Shown one piece after another: positions 48,477 to 60,623 of a DNA stretch of 64,000 nucleotides. The notes beneath the pieces are model-generated. The model was not told where the DNA came from, searched no databases, and saw only the letters and a list, made by a program, of their open reading frames with translations. Position numbers and translations under genes: made by a program. Positions within the stretch are counted from its first letter, which is position 1. Every line of letters begins with the position of its first letter. The stretch is from Negativicutes bacterium (lineage in GTDB: Bacteria; Bacillota; Negativicutes; JAAYSF01): NCBI GenBank assembly GCA_028707635.1, contig JAQWAQ010000004.1:2548-66547 (forward strand), read 5' to 3'.

Positions 48477-49856
48477 CTATTTACCAATACAAAACTGCGT
48501 AAAAATCTGACTGATGATGTCCTCACCCACTGTATCACCAGTTACCTCACCGAGTTTTTCCCAGGCTGCACGAAGATCAATTACCAAACAATCAGGCGGC
48601 ATGCCTGCTTCAGCCGTAATTAGGACATCCTCCAAATGCTTGCCGGCCTGTTCGATTAAATGAGCCTGCCGGACATTATTAACAATGGCACTCTCGCCTT
48701 GCTTAATATGACCACCATAAACCATATCAACAATTGACTGCTCAAGCTGATCAAGGCCGATCTCATCGGCAATCGATAATCGGATAACCTTTTTACCCGG
48801 AACAAGCTCAGCTACTTTGTCCATCTCTAAAACCTGCGGCAAATCACTCTTATTAATGAGGACAATGGCCTGACGGCCCTCCAATAGCGCCAAAACTTGG
48901 TGGTCTTCTGTTGATAAGTGATTTGATGAATCAAGTAATACCAAGATTAAATCGGCCTTATCAACAAACTCGCGCGCCCGCTCAACTCCAATTCTTTCAA
49001 CAATATCTGCAGTCTCGCGAATTCCAGCCGTATCGACAATCTTAAGAGGAATCCCTTGGATATTAACATATTCTTCAATGATATCCCGCGTTGTTCCGGG
49101 AATATCAGTAACAATCGCCCGTTTCTCATTGAGGAGCGCATTAAGTAAGCTAGATTTACCCACGTTGGGTTTTCCAATAATCACGGTCGCCATCCCGTCG
49201 CGCAGCACTTTACCGGTTTGAGTTGTTGCTAAAAGCTGCTCCACTTTGGCCATCGTTTCTCTTACCCCTTGGGTCACTTCTTCAATCGTCATTTCTTCAA
49301 TATCATCTTCGGGAAAATCAATTGATGCTTCCAGATGAGCGATCATTTGGAGAATTTCATACCTAAGCTCGCGAATTTTTTCAGACAATACACCCGACAG
49401 CTGACCCACTGCCATTTTTAAGGACGAATCAGTTTTAGACCTGATAATATCAATAACAGCTTCGGCTTGCGTCAGATCAAGACGGCCGTTCAAAAAGGCC
49501 CGTTTAGTAAATTCACCCGGCTCGGCCAATCGAGCCCCTTGCTTTAAAGTTAAATCCAGAATTTTACGAAGAGGGGTTACTCCGCCATGACAGTGGATCT
49601 CAACAACATCTTCTCTAGTATAAGACCGCGGGGCTCGCATAACGAGAATTAACACCTCATCAATTATTACGCCCTCATCAACAATATTTCCATAGGCAGC
49701 CTGAAACGACTTTATCTCGCTCGCCTTTTTTCCGTTCACACCAATAAAAATTTGATCGGCAACCTGAATTGCCTGATTGCCGCTCATTCTGATAATCCCT
49801 ATGCCGCCTTCACCCAATGCTGTAGCAACCGCACTGATTGTATCCTCATAAACCAC
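48477..49856 (-). CDS. mnmE: tRNA modification GTPase MnmE (TrmE)
   Basis: G domain (GKPNVGKSSLLN, DTAG) and C-terminal CIGK. Start assigned to the GTG giving MVYEDTISAV, after a G-rich RBS. The ORF extends to 49877 from a TTG. Confidence 0.9.
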   Translation of the reverse strand: MVYEDTISAVATALGEGGIGIIRMSGNQAIQVADQIFIGVNGKKASEIKSFQAAYGNIVDEGVIIDEVLILVMRAPRSYTREDVVEIHCHGGVTPLRKILDLTLKQGARLAEPGEFTKRAFLNGRLDLTQAEAVIDIIRSKTDSSLKMAVGQLSGVLSEKIRELRYEILQMIAHLEASIDFPEDDIEEMTIEEVTQGVRETMAKVEQLLATTQTGKVLRDGMATVIIGKPNVGKSSLLNALLNEKRAIVTDIPGTTRDIIEEYVNIQGIPLKIVDTAGIRETADIVERIGVERAREFVDKADLILVLLDSSNHLSTEDHQVLALLEGRQAIVLINKSDLPQVLEMDKVAELVPGKKVIRLSIADEIGLDQLEQSIVDMVYGGHIKQGESAIVNNVRQAHLIEQAGKHLEDVLITAEAGMPPDCLVIDLRAAWEKLGEVTGDTVGEDIISQIFTQFCIGK

Positions 49857-49982
49857 TTGCCTACCCCCCTGTAACAACCGTCTGATTCATTAGTATTAAC
49901 ACATTTAAACCCAGTAATAATGTAATTATTACTGGGTTTTAGCATGCACAAAAATCTACCTAACTAATCTAACTGGGAGCCG

Positions 49983-50603
49983 CTATCTTTTTAGATAAAT
50001 AGCCACCTTGCGATAAGGTTCCTCGCCTTCACTATATGTTGCAATCCGATGATCATTTTGTAATGCAATATGGATGATTTTCCGTTCATGCGGACTCATT
50101 GGCTCAAGAATGACTTTCTCGCCTGTGCGTCTTACCTTATCAGCCAATCGCAAGGCAAGCCTTGTTAAGGTTTCTGCTCGGCGCATCCGGTAATCTTCAA
50201 CATCAAGCACAATCCTAACACGCTCCTCAGTATCCCGATTCGCAGCAAGGTTAGTCAGATACTGCAATGCATCCAGCGTTTGACCATGTTTTCCAATCAA
50301 GATTCCCAGCTCTTCACCCTGAAAATTGAAAGTAATATTATCAGCAGCAACTACTTCTTCAATAGTAACCGCTAAATCCATTTGAAAAAAAATACTTCTT
50401 AAAAATTCTTTAGCCACTTCTACCGGATCAAGTTTTTTAACAATAACCTTCACCCGGGCTGGTTTGCTGCCAAATCCTAAAAAGCCTTTACTCGGCGCTT
50501 CAATCACTTCATATTCAACACGGTCTGCCTCTACACCTAACTGCGTCAAAGCTAGTGCTACCGCTTCTTCAATGGTTTTACCGGTCGTCTCAATGGAATT
50601 CAT
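49983..50603 (-). CDS. jag: Jag (SpoIIIJ-associated) KH/R3H RNA-binding protein
   Basis: Jag_N, KH and R3H domains. Start at MNSIETTGKTIEEA, just after the yidC stop. Confidence 0.85.
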   Translation of the reverse strand: MNSIETTGKTIEEAVALALTQLGVEADRVEYEVIEAPSKGFLGFGSKPARVKVIVKKLDPVEVAKEFLRSIFFQMDLAVTIEEVVAADNITFNFQGEELGILIGKHGQTLDALQYLTNLAANRDTEERVRIVLDVEDYRMRRAETLTRLALRLADKVRRTGEKVILEPMSPHERKIIHIALQNDHRIATYSEGEEPYRKVAIYLKR

Positions 50604-50607
50604 GGTA

Positions 50608-51255
50608 TTAATTAGCCTCCCCTTTGATTTCAGCCGGTCCACGGTACATCCACCACTGTTGAGCAATTTGTATAATATTACTCATTACCCAATATAAAAC
50701 CAATCCTGCTGGAAAAGTAGTGCTTATCCAACCGATGAACAACGGCATAAATATCATCATCATCCGGTTTTGCTGAGTCATCTCGGTTGTTGTCTGCTTT
50801 TGTTGATACCAAGTTGTCGCAGCCGATAAAACCGGTAGTAAATAAATAGGATCAGGCATTGCCAAATCCGTCATCCATAAAAACACAGGCGTATGCTCAT
50901 AGTGGAAGTCGCGAATCGCATAAAAGATCCCAATCAAAATCGGCATCTGGACGACTAACGGCAAACACCCGGCAAGCGGATTAACGCCCATTTCCTTATA
51001 CAAAATTGCCATTTCTTTTTGTAATTTTTCGGGATTTCCTTTGTACTTCTCTTGAAGTTCCTTCATTTTGGGCTGTACGATTTGAAGGCCTTTCATTGAT
51101 TTAACCTGCTTGGCGGTAAGCGGGTAAAGCGCCATTTTTATAACAACAGTCATTAAAATAATTGCAAGACCGTAATTCGCTACGCCTGCAGTCTCTGTTA
51201 AATTATAAAAAAAGGTTAGAACAGATTGCAAAATCCCGATAAAATAATCGAACAA
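50608..51255 (-). CDS. yidC: Membrane protein insertase YidC/SpoIIIJ (short Gram-positive-type form)
   Basis: 215 aa with conserved YidC core TMs. rnpA-yidD-yidC-jag order. Confidence 0.85.
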   Translation of the reverse strand: MFDYFIGILQSVLTFFYNLTETAGVANYGLAIILMTVVIKMALYPLTAKQVKSMKGLQIVQPKMKELQEKYKGNPEKLQKEMAILYKEMGVNPLAGCLPLVVQMPILIGIFYAIRDFHYEHTPVFLWMTDLAMPDPIYLLPVLSAATTWYQQKQTTTEMTQQNRMMMIFMPLFIGWISTTFPAGLVLYWVMSNIIQIAQQWWMYRGPAEIKGEAN

Positions 51256-51299
51256 AATCTCACATCCTTGTAATTTGTAAAAGTAATCCTTCTATACCA

Positions 51300-51509
51300 T
51301 TAAACAGGGTCATAACCACCAGGATTAAAAGGATGACAGCGCAAAATCCGCCGAATAGCCTTAACCCCCCCGCGTAAGACCCCATACTTTTCAATCGCTA
51401 ATATGGCGTACTCTGAACAGGTAGGAAAAAACCGACAGGATGGCGGTTTTAAAGGTGAAATAAAAGACCGGTAAAATTTTATAGTTAAAATTAAAATATT
51501 TTTCACCAT
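51300..51509 (-). CDS. yidD: Membrane protein insertion efficiency factor YidD
   Basis: 69 aa with the canonical YidD sequence ([24 protein letters not shown]). Confidence 0.9.
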   Translation of the reverse strand: MVKNILILTIKFYRSFISPLKPPSCRFFPTCSEYAILAIEKYGVLRGGVKAIRRILRCHPFNPGGYDPV

Positions 51510-51515
51510 TATTAC

Positions 51516-51863
51516 CTACTTAGCCAAAAGTCGAGCCTTGCCACACAAATCAATAAAAGCCTTGCTGGCCACAATCGAATTAGCTTTCACCATTGCCTGA
51601 CGGCCCATAAATACCAGATCAACATTCTGAATAAGCAAATGCTTATTTAACCGATAAACTTCACGCAAAATACGCTTTACCCTATTGCGAACCACAGCAT
51701 TGCCGAGCCGCTTGCCAGCTGCAAAACCAATGTGCCGCTGGCTGTTTTTTTGCGGTAAAACGTATATAACCATCATTTTATTGGAATATGATTTCCCGGC
51801 ACGGTATATTGCCTGGAAATTTTTGTTCTTTTTTAGGATATGCTGCTTAGAAAGTTTATACAT
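51516..51863 (-). CDS. rnpA: RNase P protein component
   Basis: RNR motif region (VRNRVKRILRE). Start taken at the MYKLSK ATG, which has upstream RBS GGATGGAAG. The longer ORF overlaps rpmH. Confidence 0.85.
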   Translation of the reverse strand: MYKLSKQHILKKNKNFQAIYRAGKSYSNKMMVIYVLPQKNSQRHIGFAAGKRLGNAVVRNRVKRILREVYRLNKHLLIQNVDLVFMGRQAMVKANSIVASKAFIDLCGKARLLAK

Positions 51864-51915
51864 TATATGCTTCCATCCCTGCATGGAAAAAATAGGCCAC
51901 TTTGTGGGCGGCCTA

Positions 51916-52050
51916 TTATGCTGATAATTTTTTTCTTCCTCTAGCACGTCTTTTCTGTAAAACAAGACGGCCACCTTTTGTTTTCATACGTTCACGGAAA
52001 CCATGAGTTCTCTTTTTCCATAATGTATTTGGTTGATACGTACGTTTCAT
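51916..52050 (-). CDS. rpmH: 50S ribosomal protein L34
   Basis: Hand-translated 44-aa [47 protein letters not shown], with RBS GGAGGTG at 8-nt spacing. Absent from the ORF track because it is under 60 aa. Confidence 0.9.
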   Translation of the reverse strand: MKRTYQPNTLWKKRTHGFRERMKTKGGRLVLQKRRARGRKKLSA

Positions 52051-52149
52051 ATCTAAAACACCTCCTCGCTTAAAGCGGAACTTTCCATATTAAAAATTAT
52101 TTTTAACTAATAAAATTATAGACTAGTCGATTGATAGTGTCAAGGAAAT

Positions 52150-52536
52150 TGCGCTTTCTAATGACTAAAAGCTGTGGATAATTTTGTCGCGCATTATTAC
52201 GTGGGGTAAAAAACTGTTGATAACCCTACTACCTTTTGTTAATATAGACATGATAGATATCCACAAATTAAGCACATTTATCTGTTTATACACATAAAAC
52301 CAATACTTATTAACAAAATAACCTATTTATACACAGAGTTATCCACATTATCTAAAAACTTCTCCTTTAATGCAATTACAAGGTATTGTTTTAGACAAAA
52401 ACCTGATTTTGGCTTTTTTTTTCGCCAAAATTCCTTTTTTGAGTAAAGTTATACACACCTGTTGATAACAATGTGGATAACTTATGTTGAGTTATTATTG
52501 AAATTGTTGATATTTGGATCTGAAAGGACGGACACT
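52150..52536. promoter_or_regulatory. oriC part 1 / dnaA promoter region with a DnaA-box cluster and AT-rich tract
   Basis: Perfect TTATCCACA boxes at about 52183-52191 (minus strand), 52339-52347 (plus) and 52472-52480 (minus). Near-consensus boxes TGTTGATAA (52215, 52461) and ATATCCACA (52256). T-rich tract at 52400-52440. Confidence 0.8.
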
Positions 52537-53976
52537 ATGGAAACCATCCAACTTGAGGCCCTATGGGAGCAAATCATGAATCATCTTGAGCAAGAACTAT
52601 CAAGTCTTACATATAATACTTGGCTCAAACCAATGGTTCCGCTTTGCATAACGAAAACTACTTTTGAGATTGGTACTTCAAAAAAATTTATCAAGGAATG
52701 GGTGGAATCCAGATATTTCTCAATCATTCAAAACACCGTCCAAAATATTACAAAGCAGCCATTAACTTTAATTATTACTAATATGGAGGAAGATGAGACA
52801 ATTCCTCCTATCGACATTCCACAAGAACAACCCGCAGGTAATCAACCGAATGAAACATCACAACAGTTATTCACTAATATTCCGGCGCCAATTCGACCAG
52901 TGTACAAACCTGAACCCTCCTCACAAAATAATTTTTCATCAGATGAACCTCTTGCTATTTTAAATCCCAAATATATTTTTGAGACCTTTGTTATCGGCAA
53001 TGCAAACCGCTTTGCTCATGCGGCCTCATTAGCCGTAGCTGAAGCACCTGCCCAAGTCTATAACCCATTTTTTATTTATGGCGGAGTAGGCCTTGGTAAA
53101 ACCCATCTCATGCATGCCATTGGCCATCGGATTCTAAAAACTCACCCTCATCTTAGAGTTGTCTATATTTCAAGTGAAAAATTCACAAATGAACTTATCA
53201 ATTCTATTCGGGATGGAAATCCTGAAAGCTTTCGGCAAAAATACCGTAATGTCGACGTTCTTCTCGTCGATGATATTCAGTTCTTATCGAAAAAAGAACA
53301 TACTCAAGAAGAGTTTTTCCACACCTTCAACACTCTCCACGAAGCGAATAAACAGATTATTATTTCAAGCGACCGTCCGCCTCGTGATATTCAGACCTTA
53401 GAAGACCGGCTGCGTTCCCGCTTTGAATGGGGTCTTATTACCGATATTCAGCCACCTGACCTTGAAACACGGATTGCTATTTTACGGAAAAAGGCTATGA
53501 TTGAGAACCTTAATGTCCCTAATGATGTCATGGTGTTTATTGCCAGCCGAATTGATAACAATATTCGAGAGCTAGAGGGTGCTTTAATAAGAGTAATGGC
53601 ATACGCATCATTAACAAAGCAATCAATTGATATTGATCTGGCAACCGAAGCACTTAAGGATATCTTTCCAAATGGTCGACCTAAAGAAATAACAATGGAA
53701 CTTATCCAGGAGGTTGTATCCTCGTATTTTAAAATTCGTATTGATGACTTACTTGCTAAAAAGCGAACCAGAAACGTAACTTATCCACGACAAATTGCTA
53801 TGTACCTATGCCGGGAAATGACTGAGACCTCCTTACCACGAATCGGCGAAATGTTTGGCGGGCGAGATCACACAACAGTTATCCACGCCCACGACAAGAT
53901 TAATCGCGAACGAGCCGAAGATATTAAACTAAGTAATACGATTAAAGAATTAATCAAAAGGATAGAAAGTGTATAA
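52537..53976 (+). CDS. dnaA: Chromosomal replication initiator DnaA
   Basis: AAA+ domain Walker [11 protein letters not shown] and the C-terminal DNA-binding domain signature. Start at [10 protein letters not shown], with RBS AGGACGGA. The ORF extends upstream to 52462. Confidence 0.95.
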   Translation: METIQLEALWEQIMNHLEQELSSLTYNTWLKPMVPLCITKTTFEIGTSKKFIKEWVESRYFSIIQNTVQNITKQPLTLIITNMEEDETIPPIDIPQEQPAGNQPNETSQQLFTNIPAPIRPVYKPEPSSQNNFSSDEPLAILNPKYIFETFVIGNANRFAHAASLAVAEAPAQVYNPFFIYGGVGLGKTHLMHAIGHRILKTHPHLRVVYISSEKFTNELINSIRDGNPESFRQKYRNVDVLLVDDIQFLSKKEHTQEEFFHTFNTLHEANKQIIISSDRPPRDIQTLEDRLRSRFEWGLITDIQPPDLETRIAILRKKAMIENLNVPNDVMVFIASRIDNNIRELEGALIRVMAYASLTKQSIDIDLATEALKDIFPNGRPKEITMELIQEVVSSYFKIRIDDLLAKKRTRNVTYPRQIAMYLCREMTETSLPRIGEMFGGRDHTTVIHAHDKINRERAEDIKLSNTIKELIKRIESV

Positions 53977-54234
53977 ATCTGTTAGTATCTCAGGTATAAA
54001 GTTGTAAACAATATGTTGATAAACTTATCCCAGTAAATTTGTGTTAATATGTGTATAACCCATGGTATAGTTATCTACATATTATTCACATTACCGCCTG
54101 TTGATAACTATGTGTCGACAGCGCTTATCAACATATTAACAGGCCCTACGACTATTACGACTACTTTTTATATTTTAACTACTTATAATAATAATATACC
54201 CCCTACCCCCAAAACCGAACCGGAGGTCGATGTA
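53977..54234. promoter_or_regulatory. oriC part 2 (dnaA-dnaN intergenic DnaA boxes plus an AT-rich DNA-unwinding element)
   Basis: Boxes TGTTGATAA (about 54013 and 54096), TTATCAACA (about 54124), AGTTATCTACA (about 54069), and the AT-rich run ACTTATAATAATAATATAC (54181-54200). Confidence 0.7.
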
Positions 54235-55344
54235 ATGAAAATCTTCTGTAGTAAAGAATTGCTAAATCAAGCTGTTCAAACAGTTCAAAAAGCTGTTGCC
54301 ACCAAAACACAGTTACCTATATTAACTGGTATTTACTTAGCAGCAAACGACAATAAACTAGAACTTCATGCAACTGACTATGAAATCGGAATTAAATGCA
54401 TCATTGATGCTCAAGTCGAAATACCTGGCACTGTTGTCATATCCGGTCGCTATTTTCAAGAAATGGTTCGTAAATTACCTGGTGATACAATTGAAATTTC
54501 ATCATCAACTGAAGATAGAACAATAAAAATAACGGCAAATTCTGCTCAATTTAATCTCCTTAGTCTGCCTGTTGAAGAATTTCCAGTTTTGAAGCAACTA
54601 ACAAGCGATAGTTTTATGATTGTAAAAGATAATGTTTTAAAAGAACTGATCAAAAAAACCGTTTTTGCGTGCGCTAACGATGAAGCCAGGCCGATATTTA
54701 CAGGCTGTTTACTTGAATCTAACGAAAAAGATATCAAAATGGTGGCGACAAATACTCACCGTCTGGCTCTCAAAAAAGATAGCAGTGAACAATCATTAAA
54801 TAATCTAAAAATGATTATTCCAGCCAAAATACTCCATGAATTAGCGCGTATTATGAATTCGGAAACACCAATTGATATAAAGATATACTGGTTAAAAAAT
54901 CAGGTAGCTTTTGAATTTGAGAATATTTATATCATATCGAGATTGATTGAAGGGCAGTTCCCTGACTACAACAAAGTAATCCCGCCAAGTTTTGCTACAA
55001 ATGTACTCATAAACACGAAACAATTACTTGATGCTGTTGAAAGAGTTGCTTTAATGGCCAGAGATAATGATTACAATGTTATTAAACTGGCTTTTAAAAC
55101 TGATTCAATTACCATAACATCAAACAACCCGGATATTGGCAAAGCATGTGAGGTTGTCGATGCTGCGCTTGAGGGAAATGAAGTTGATATCGCTTTTAAT
55201 GTCAAATATATTTCTGATATTCTCAAGAATATTGATAGTGAAAATTTGAAATTTTCACTTAACACTCCATTGAGCCCAGCTAGTATTAGACCTATTGATG
55301 ACGAAAATTACATATATATCGTTACACCGGTTAGGACAAACTAA
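54235..55344 (+). CDS. dnaN: DNA polymerase III beta sliding clamp
   Basis: MKIFCSKELLNQAVQTVQKAV is a canonical DnaN start. RBS GGAGGT is 7 nt upstream. The ORF's upstream extension from 54049 covers oriC and is rejected. Confidence 0.95.
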   Translation: MKIFCSKELLNQAVQTVQKAVATKTQLPILTGIYLAANDNKLELHATDYEIGIKCIIDAQVEIPGTVVISGRYFQEMVRKLPGDTIEISSSTEDRTIKITANSAQFNLLSLPVEEFPVLKQLTSDSFMIVKDNVLKELIKKTVFACANDEARPIFTGCLLESNEKDIKMVATNTHRLALKKDSSEQSLNNLKMIIPAKILHELARIMNSETPIDIKIYWLKNQVAFEFENIYIISRLIEGQFPDYNKVIPPSFATNVLINTKQLLDAVERVALMARDNDYNVIKLAFKTDSITITSNNPDIGKACEVVDAALEGNEVDIAFNVKYISDILKNIDSENLKFSLNTPLSPASIRPIDDENYIYIVTPVRTN

Positions 55345-55346
55345 AT

Positions 55347-55473
55347 ATAAAGTGAGACTTGATTCAGATGGAGTTTTAACTCCACCTGAATCCTAGTCGA
55401 ACCGTATCCAGGGACTTAGCCGCAAAGACTCCTGCTTTTACAAGCGGGAGTCTTAGCGCGGGTTAGTCATCGG
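55347..55473 (+). repeat. Copy B of the structured intergenic repeat
   Basis: Begins 2 nt after the dnaN stop: ATAAAGTGAGACTTGATTCAGATGGAGTTTTAACTCCACCTGAATCCTAGTCGAACCGTATCCAGGGACTTAGCCGC...GCGGGTTAGTCATCGG, with a nested 3' hairpin AGACTCC...GGAGTCT. Confidence 0.7.
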
Positions 55474-55498
55474 AAAAACATTTCATGGAGGTTATTCT

Positions 55499-55714
55499 AT
55501 GCAAGAAATAACCATATCAACTCCTTATATCAATTTAGATCAGCTTTTAAAGTGGGCGGGTATCATTGATACTGGAGGACAAATTAAACCAATGTTGGAA
55601 GATGGGTTGATTAAATTAAATCGTCTCACCGTAAGTCAACGACGCAAAAAAATCTATCCTGGCGATATTATTGATATTGAAGGTGTCGGCACATACAAAA
55701 TCATTGCTGAGTAA
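55499..55714 (+). CDS. yaaA: S4-domain RNA-binding protein YaaA
   Basis: 71-aa S4 fold protein between dnaN and recF, as in Bacillus. Confidence 0.8.
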   Translation: MQEITISTPYINLDQLLKWAGIIDTGGQIKPMLEDGLIKLNRLTVSQRRKKIYPGDIIDIEGVGTYKIIAE

Positions 55715-55723
55715 GGTGCTATT

Positions 55724-56830
55724 ATGAAGGTTAAAAACCTTAGTCTTTATAACTACCGTAATTATGTAAAGTTGAATTTAGAATTTAAACATAATCTTAA
55801 TATTTTTGTCGGCCAGAACGCCCAAGGGAAGACAAATATTTTAGAATCTATCTATGTCGGTGCCATGGGACGCTCTCACCGGACAAATACTGATCAAGAG
55901 CTTATTCATTGGTATCAGCCCGGCGGTTCCATTAATATGACATTTACTAGGCAGGATATTGAAAATAAATTATCATTTAAATTCATATCTGACCAAAATA
56001 AGGAAATAATATTAAATGGCCAAACGATTAAAGTTCGCGACTTGATCGGGCAGCTCAATGCCGTCATGTTTTCGCCTGAAGACTTGATGTTGATTAAAGG
56101 CGCACCAGTCGGACGACGGAAGTTTCTTGACAGTGAAATATCGCAGGCTAACCCTGCTTATTATCGCAATTTACTGCAATATAATCGGATCGTAGCGCAG
56201 CGTAACAATCTATTAAAAAAGATCCGTGAATGTAAAGCAAGACCGGAAATGCTTGATACTTGGGATGCACAAATCGCTAGTTCGGCTGCTATTATTGTAA
56301 ATAAGCGTCAGGATGCATTAAAAAAGCTCACTATGTTAGCCAATCTTATGCATCGGAAAATTACAGCCAGTCGGGAAAATCTTACAATAACCTATTTTCA
56401 ATGTGGTCTTTGTCAGCCTGTTAATCATATTGAAGAGTGGTACTTGCAACAGATGGCAAATAACCGCCATATTGATATTGCCCGCGGTAGTACAAGCGTA
56501 GGTCCCCATCGTGATGATTTAATTTTTAATGTAAATGGAATTAATTTAAGAAATTTCGGTTCGCAGGGTCAGCAACGTACTGGCGTGTTAGCCTTAAAGC
56601 TCGCCGAAATTGAATTTATAAAATCAGAAACAGGCGAATATCCCGTACTGCTCTTAGATGACGTGATGAGTGAACTTGATGCTTCGCGCCGGGAGCAGTT
56701 ATTATCATTTATAAAAGATCGCATTCAAACATTTATCACTGCGACCGAACCAAAGTATTTTTCTGAACATAAAATGGGCCATTATTATTCTGTTGTTGAA
56801 GGAAAAGTTGAACAATTTGATTGGAAGTGA
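55724..56830 (+). CDS. recF: DNA replication and repair protein RecF
   Basis: Walker A GQNAQGKTN, the SMC-like signature and Walker B LLLDDVMSELD. Confidence 0.95.
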   Translation: MKVKNLSLYNYRNYVKLNLEFKHNLNIFVGQNAQGKTNILESIYVGAMGRSHRTNTDQELIHWYQPGGSINMTFTRQDIENKLSFKFISDQNKEIILNGQTIKVRDLIGQLNAVMFSPEDLMLIKGAPVGRRKFLDSEISQANPAYYRNLLQYNRIVAQRNNLLKKIRECKARPEMLDTWDAQIASSAAIIVNKRQDALKKLTMLANLMHRKITASRENLTITYFQCGLCQPVNHIEEWYLQQMANNRHIDIARGSTSVGPHRDDLIFNVNGINLRNFGSQGQQRTGVLALKLAEIEFIKSETGEYPVLLLDDVMSELDASRREQLLSFIKDRIQTFITATEPKYFSEHKMGHYYSVVEGKVEQFDWK

Positions 56831-57687
56831 CGGCTGTGCATAAATTAAGTGAACTTTTGCCGTTGACAATAAAAAAGCTTGGCATTACTAAGCGGTATAA
56901 TTCTGAATCGGCGATAATCCATTGGCGGGAAATTGTCGGTGATAAAATAGCCAATCATTCTTATCCTTTATCGGTGCAGCGAGATTTATTATTAGTGGCT
57001 GTAGGTAATCCAGTCTGGGGACACCATCTTTCGATGATGAAACAGGACATTATTAATAAAATCAATGCCTTTATTGGAGATAATTTAATCAGAGATATCA
57101 GGTTTCAAGCAGGATATTTAAAAGATAACCAGAATTTAGAACATAATGGTGAAATTTGCCGTAATGAACAAAAAGCCTATCATGTTAAGTTGGACGAGAC
57201 CGAAATAAAAATAGCAAATGAGCTTGTCAGTACAATAAGTAATGAGGAGCTTCGCAATAAGATAAATCGAATTATAAAAAAAGATTTTACGCTTAAGAAG
57301 ATAAGGCTTAACAATAAGTGGCATAAATGTGACCAATGCAATACATTATGTCCGCCTGAGGACACTCTATGCTCTACTTGTAAACTTAATCAGAAACAGC
57401 AAACCCGGCAGCAAATTTATCAACTTCTGATTGAAAATCCTTGGCTCAGGTATAGTGAGTTGACCAATTACATTAATGCCAGTTTTGACGCCTTTAAAGA
57501 GGTTAAAGAGCGTCTGATTACTGCGCTTACGGATGATCTTGCTCGCGATAATATTGATGAAATTAAAAAATTAACACTGGTCATGTTGGCTACCGGAATA
57601 AAACCGGAGCAAATAACCGATGCTGTAATAGATAATACTCTTAAAAGATTCAGGAGGAAGAAACATGTTTCTGCATTTAGGGGCTGA
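56821..57687 (+). CDS. DciA-like DUF721 protein with a long C-terminal extension containing a CxxC...CxxC zinc ribbon
   Basis: The N-terminal roughly 100 aa match the DUF721/DciA pattern (W.EIVG..IA.HS.P..V....LLV.V.N..W...L......I...IN...G...I.DIRF). The C-terminus carries KWHKCDQCNTLCPPEDTLCSTCK. The recF-DUF721-gyrB position is as in Mycobacterium. Confidence 0.6.
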   Translation: MEVTAVHKLSELLPLTIKKLGITKRYNSESAIIHWREIVGDKIANHSYPLSVQRDLLLVAVGNPVWGHHLSMMKQDIINKINAFIGDNLIRDIRFQAGYLKDNQNLEHNGEICRNEQKAYHVKLDETEIKIANELVSTISNEELRNKINRIIKKDFTLKKIRLNNKWHKCDQCNTLCPPEDTLCSTCKLNQKQQTRQQIYQLLIENPWLRYSELTNYINASFDAFKEVKERLITALTDDLARDNIDEIKKLTLVMLATGIKPEQITDAVIDNTLKRFRRKKHVSAFRG

Positions 57688-57928
57688 TACTGTAATTCCT
57701 TTGTCAGAGGTCATAGCGATTACTGATTTAAAATCAGTAAGATCAAGTATAAACCGCAAATTTCTTAATAATTCAAGAGACAATAACAAGGTTATTGATA
57801 TATCATCAAATAACCCAAAAAGTTTTATTGTTACTAAAAAAGTCGTTTATTTATCAGCAATCTCTTCTCTGACGCTGAAAAAGCGGGCTGGATATTTTCC
57901 AGAAGCAGGCGAAGATGACGATATATAG
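57665..57928 (+). CDS. remB: DUF370 family protein (RemB/YaaB-like extracellular-matrix regulator family)
   Basis: 87 aa, collinear with the B. subtilis RemA/RemB core (FLHLGADTVIPLSEVIAITD...VIDISSNNPKSFIVTKK). Lies between recF and gyrB as in Bacillus. Confidence 0.65.
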   Translation: MFLHLGADTVIPLSEVIAITDLKSVRSSINRKFLNNSRDNNKVIDISSNNPKSFIVTKKVVYLSAISSLTLKKRAGYFPEAGEDDDI

Positions 57929-57940
57929 TATCGGGGGTAA

Positions 57941-59860
<1,920 letters not shown>

Positions 59861-59992
59861 GTTATTTGTCGGTTTTAATAAAGTTTGTCAATGGTAACAA
59901 TAAAGTTTGACAGTGACATAATATATTAATTTTAGTTAACAATAATTAATTATAAATAATAAAAAAATCACAATAAATGATAATTAATATCA

Positions 59993-60040
59993 GTTAAGGA
60001 GCATGGCAAATGATCATGTTCCTTAATTTTTTGTCGTTAT
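59993..60040 (+). terminator. gyrB terminator
   Basis: Hairpin AAGGAGCATG...CATGTTCCTT followed by AATTTTTTG. Confidence 0.45.
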
Positions 60041-60261
60041 ACCCATAAAGTGAAACATATATTGGATCTAATAAAAACTAGATGAGAACTTATGTTACTA
60101 TCGACGGTGAAAATGTAGGATTTAAACTTAATGAGCGTGTCAATAATCTACAGTAATGATCAAACTCCGGGATGGTAGGGCCGTTACCATTAATCCAGGT
60201 AATTTTATTTTGGAAATAATTGGTGTATGGTTAAAAGGTAGATTGAAAAAAGTGCAAATAC

Positions 60262-60290
60262 TATTGCTATTTTATAAAATAGCTGGTATT
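60262..60290 (+). promoter_or_regulatory. Sigma-A-type promoter for the cobalamin riboswitch-btuB transcript
   Basis: TTGCTA, a 17-nt spacer, then TATTAT, about 40 nt upstream of the riboswitch aptamer. Confidence 0.5.
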
Positions 60291-60334
60291 ATAGTAACCA
60301 GTTGTACAACTACCAATATATTACAATTAAATAC

Positions 60335-60600
60335 CTTTGAGGTAGGTGCCCTAACGGGCTTAATAGGGAAGTCCGGTGTAACGCCGGCGCGGTCCCGCCA
60401 CTGTAATGAGGAGCAAACCCATGTTATGCCACTAGGACGAAATTCTTGGGAAGGTTTGGGGGAGCGATGATCCAGAGCCAGGAGAACTGCCTATCTAACA
60501 ATCACCGTTTTATTTACCCACGCGCGATGGGGAGGGGATTTATTCATTGGAGTAATCTATCCTTCCCGGCTATTCTTATGCCGGGATTTTTATTTGCTAT
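60335..60600 (+). ncRNA. Cobalamin (AdoCbl) riboswitch with a terminator expression platform
   Basis: Conserved core GGTGCC...AATAGGGAAGTCCGGTG.AACGCCGG.GCGGTCCCGCCACTGTAA, the B12 box AGCCAGGAGAACTGCCT, then the terminator CCCGGCTATTCTTATGCCGGG followed by ATTTTTATTT. Upstream of a TonB-dependent receptor. Confidence 0.9.
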
Positions 60601-60623
60601 GTGTTCCTTTGATTAAAACCTCG

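Noticed and set aside
54049-54234. N-terminal 62-aa extension of the dnaN ORF in the track
   Set aside because: The extension covers DnaA boxes and the AT-rich unwinding element of oriC. The canonical start MKIFCSKELL with RBS GGAGGT is at 54235.
60156-60470. 104-aa ORF between gyrB and the TonB-dependent receptor
   Set aside because: It coincides with the promoter and aptamer of a clear cobalamin riboswitch. There is no RBS and the sequence is explained as RNA.
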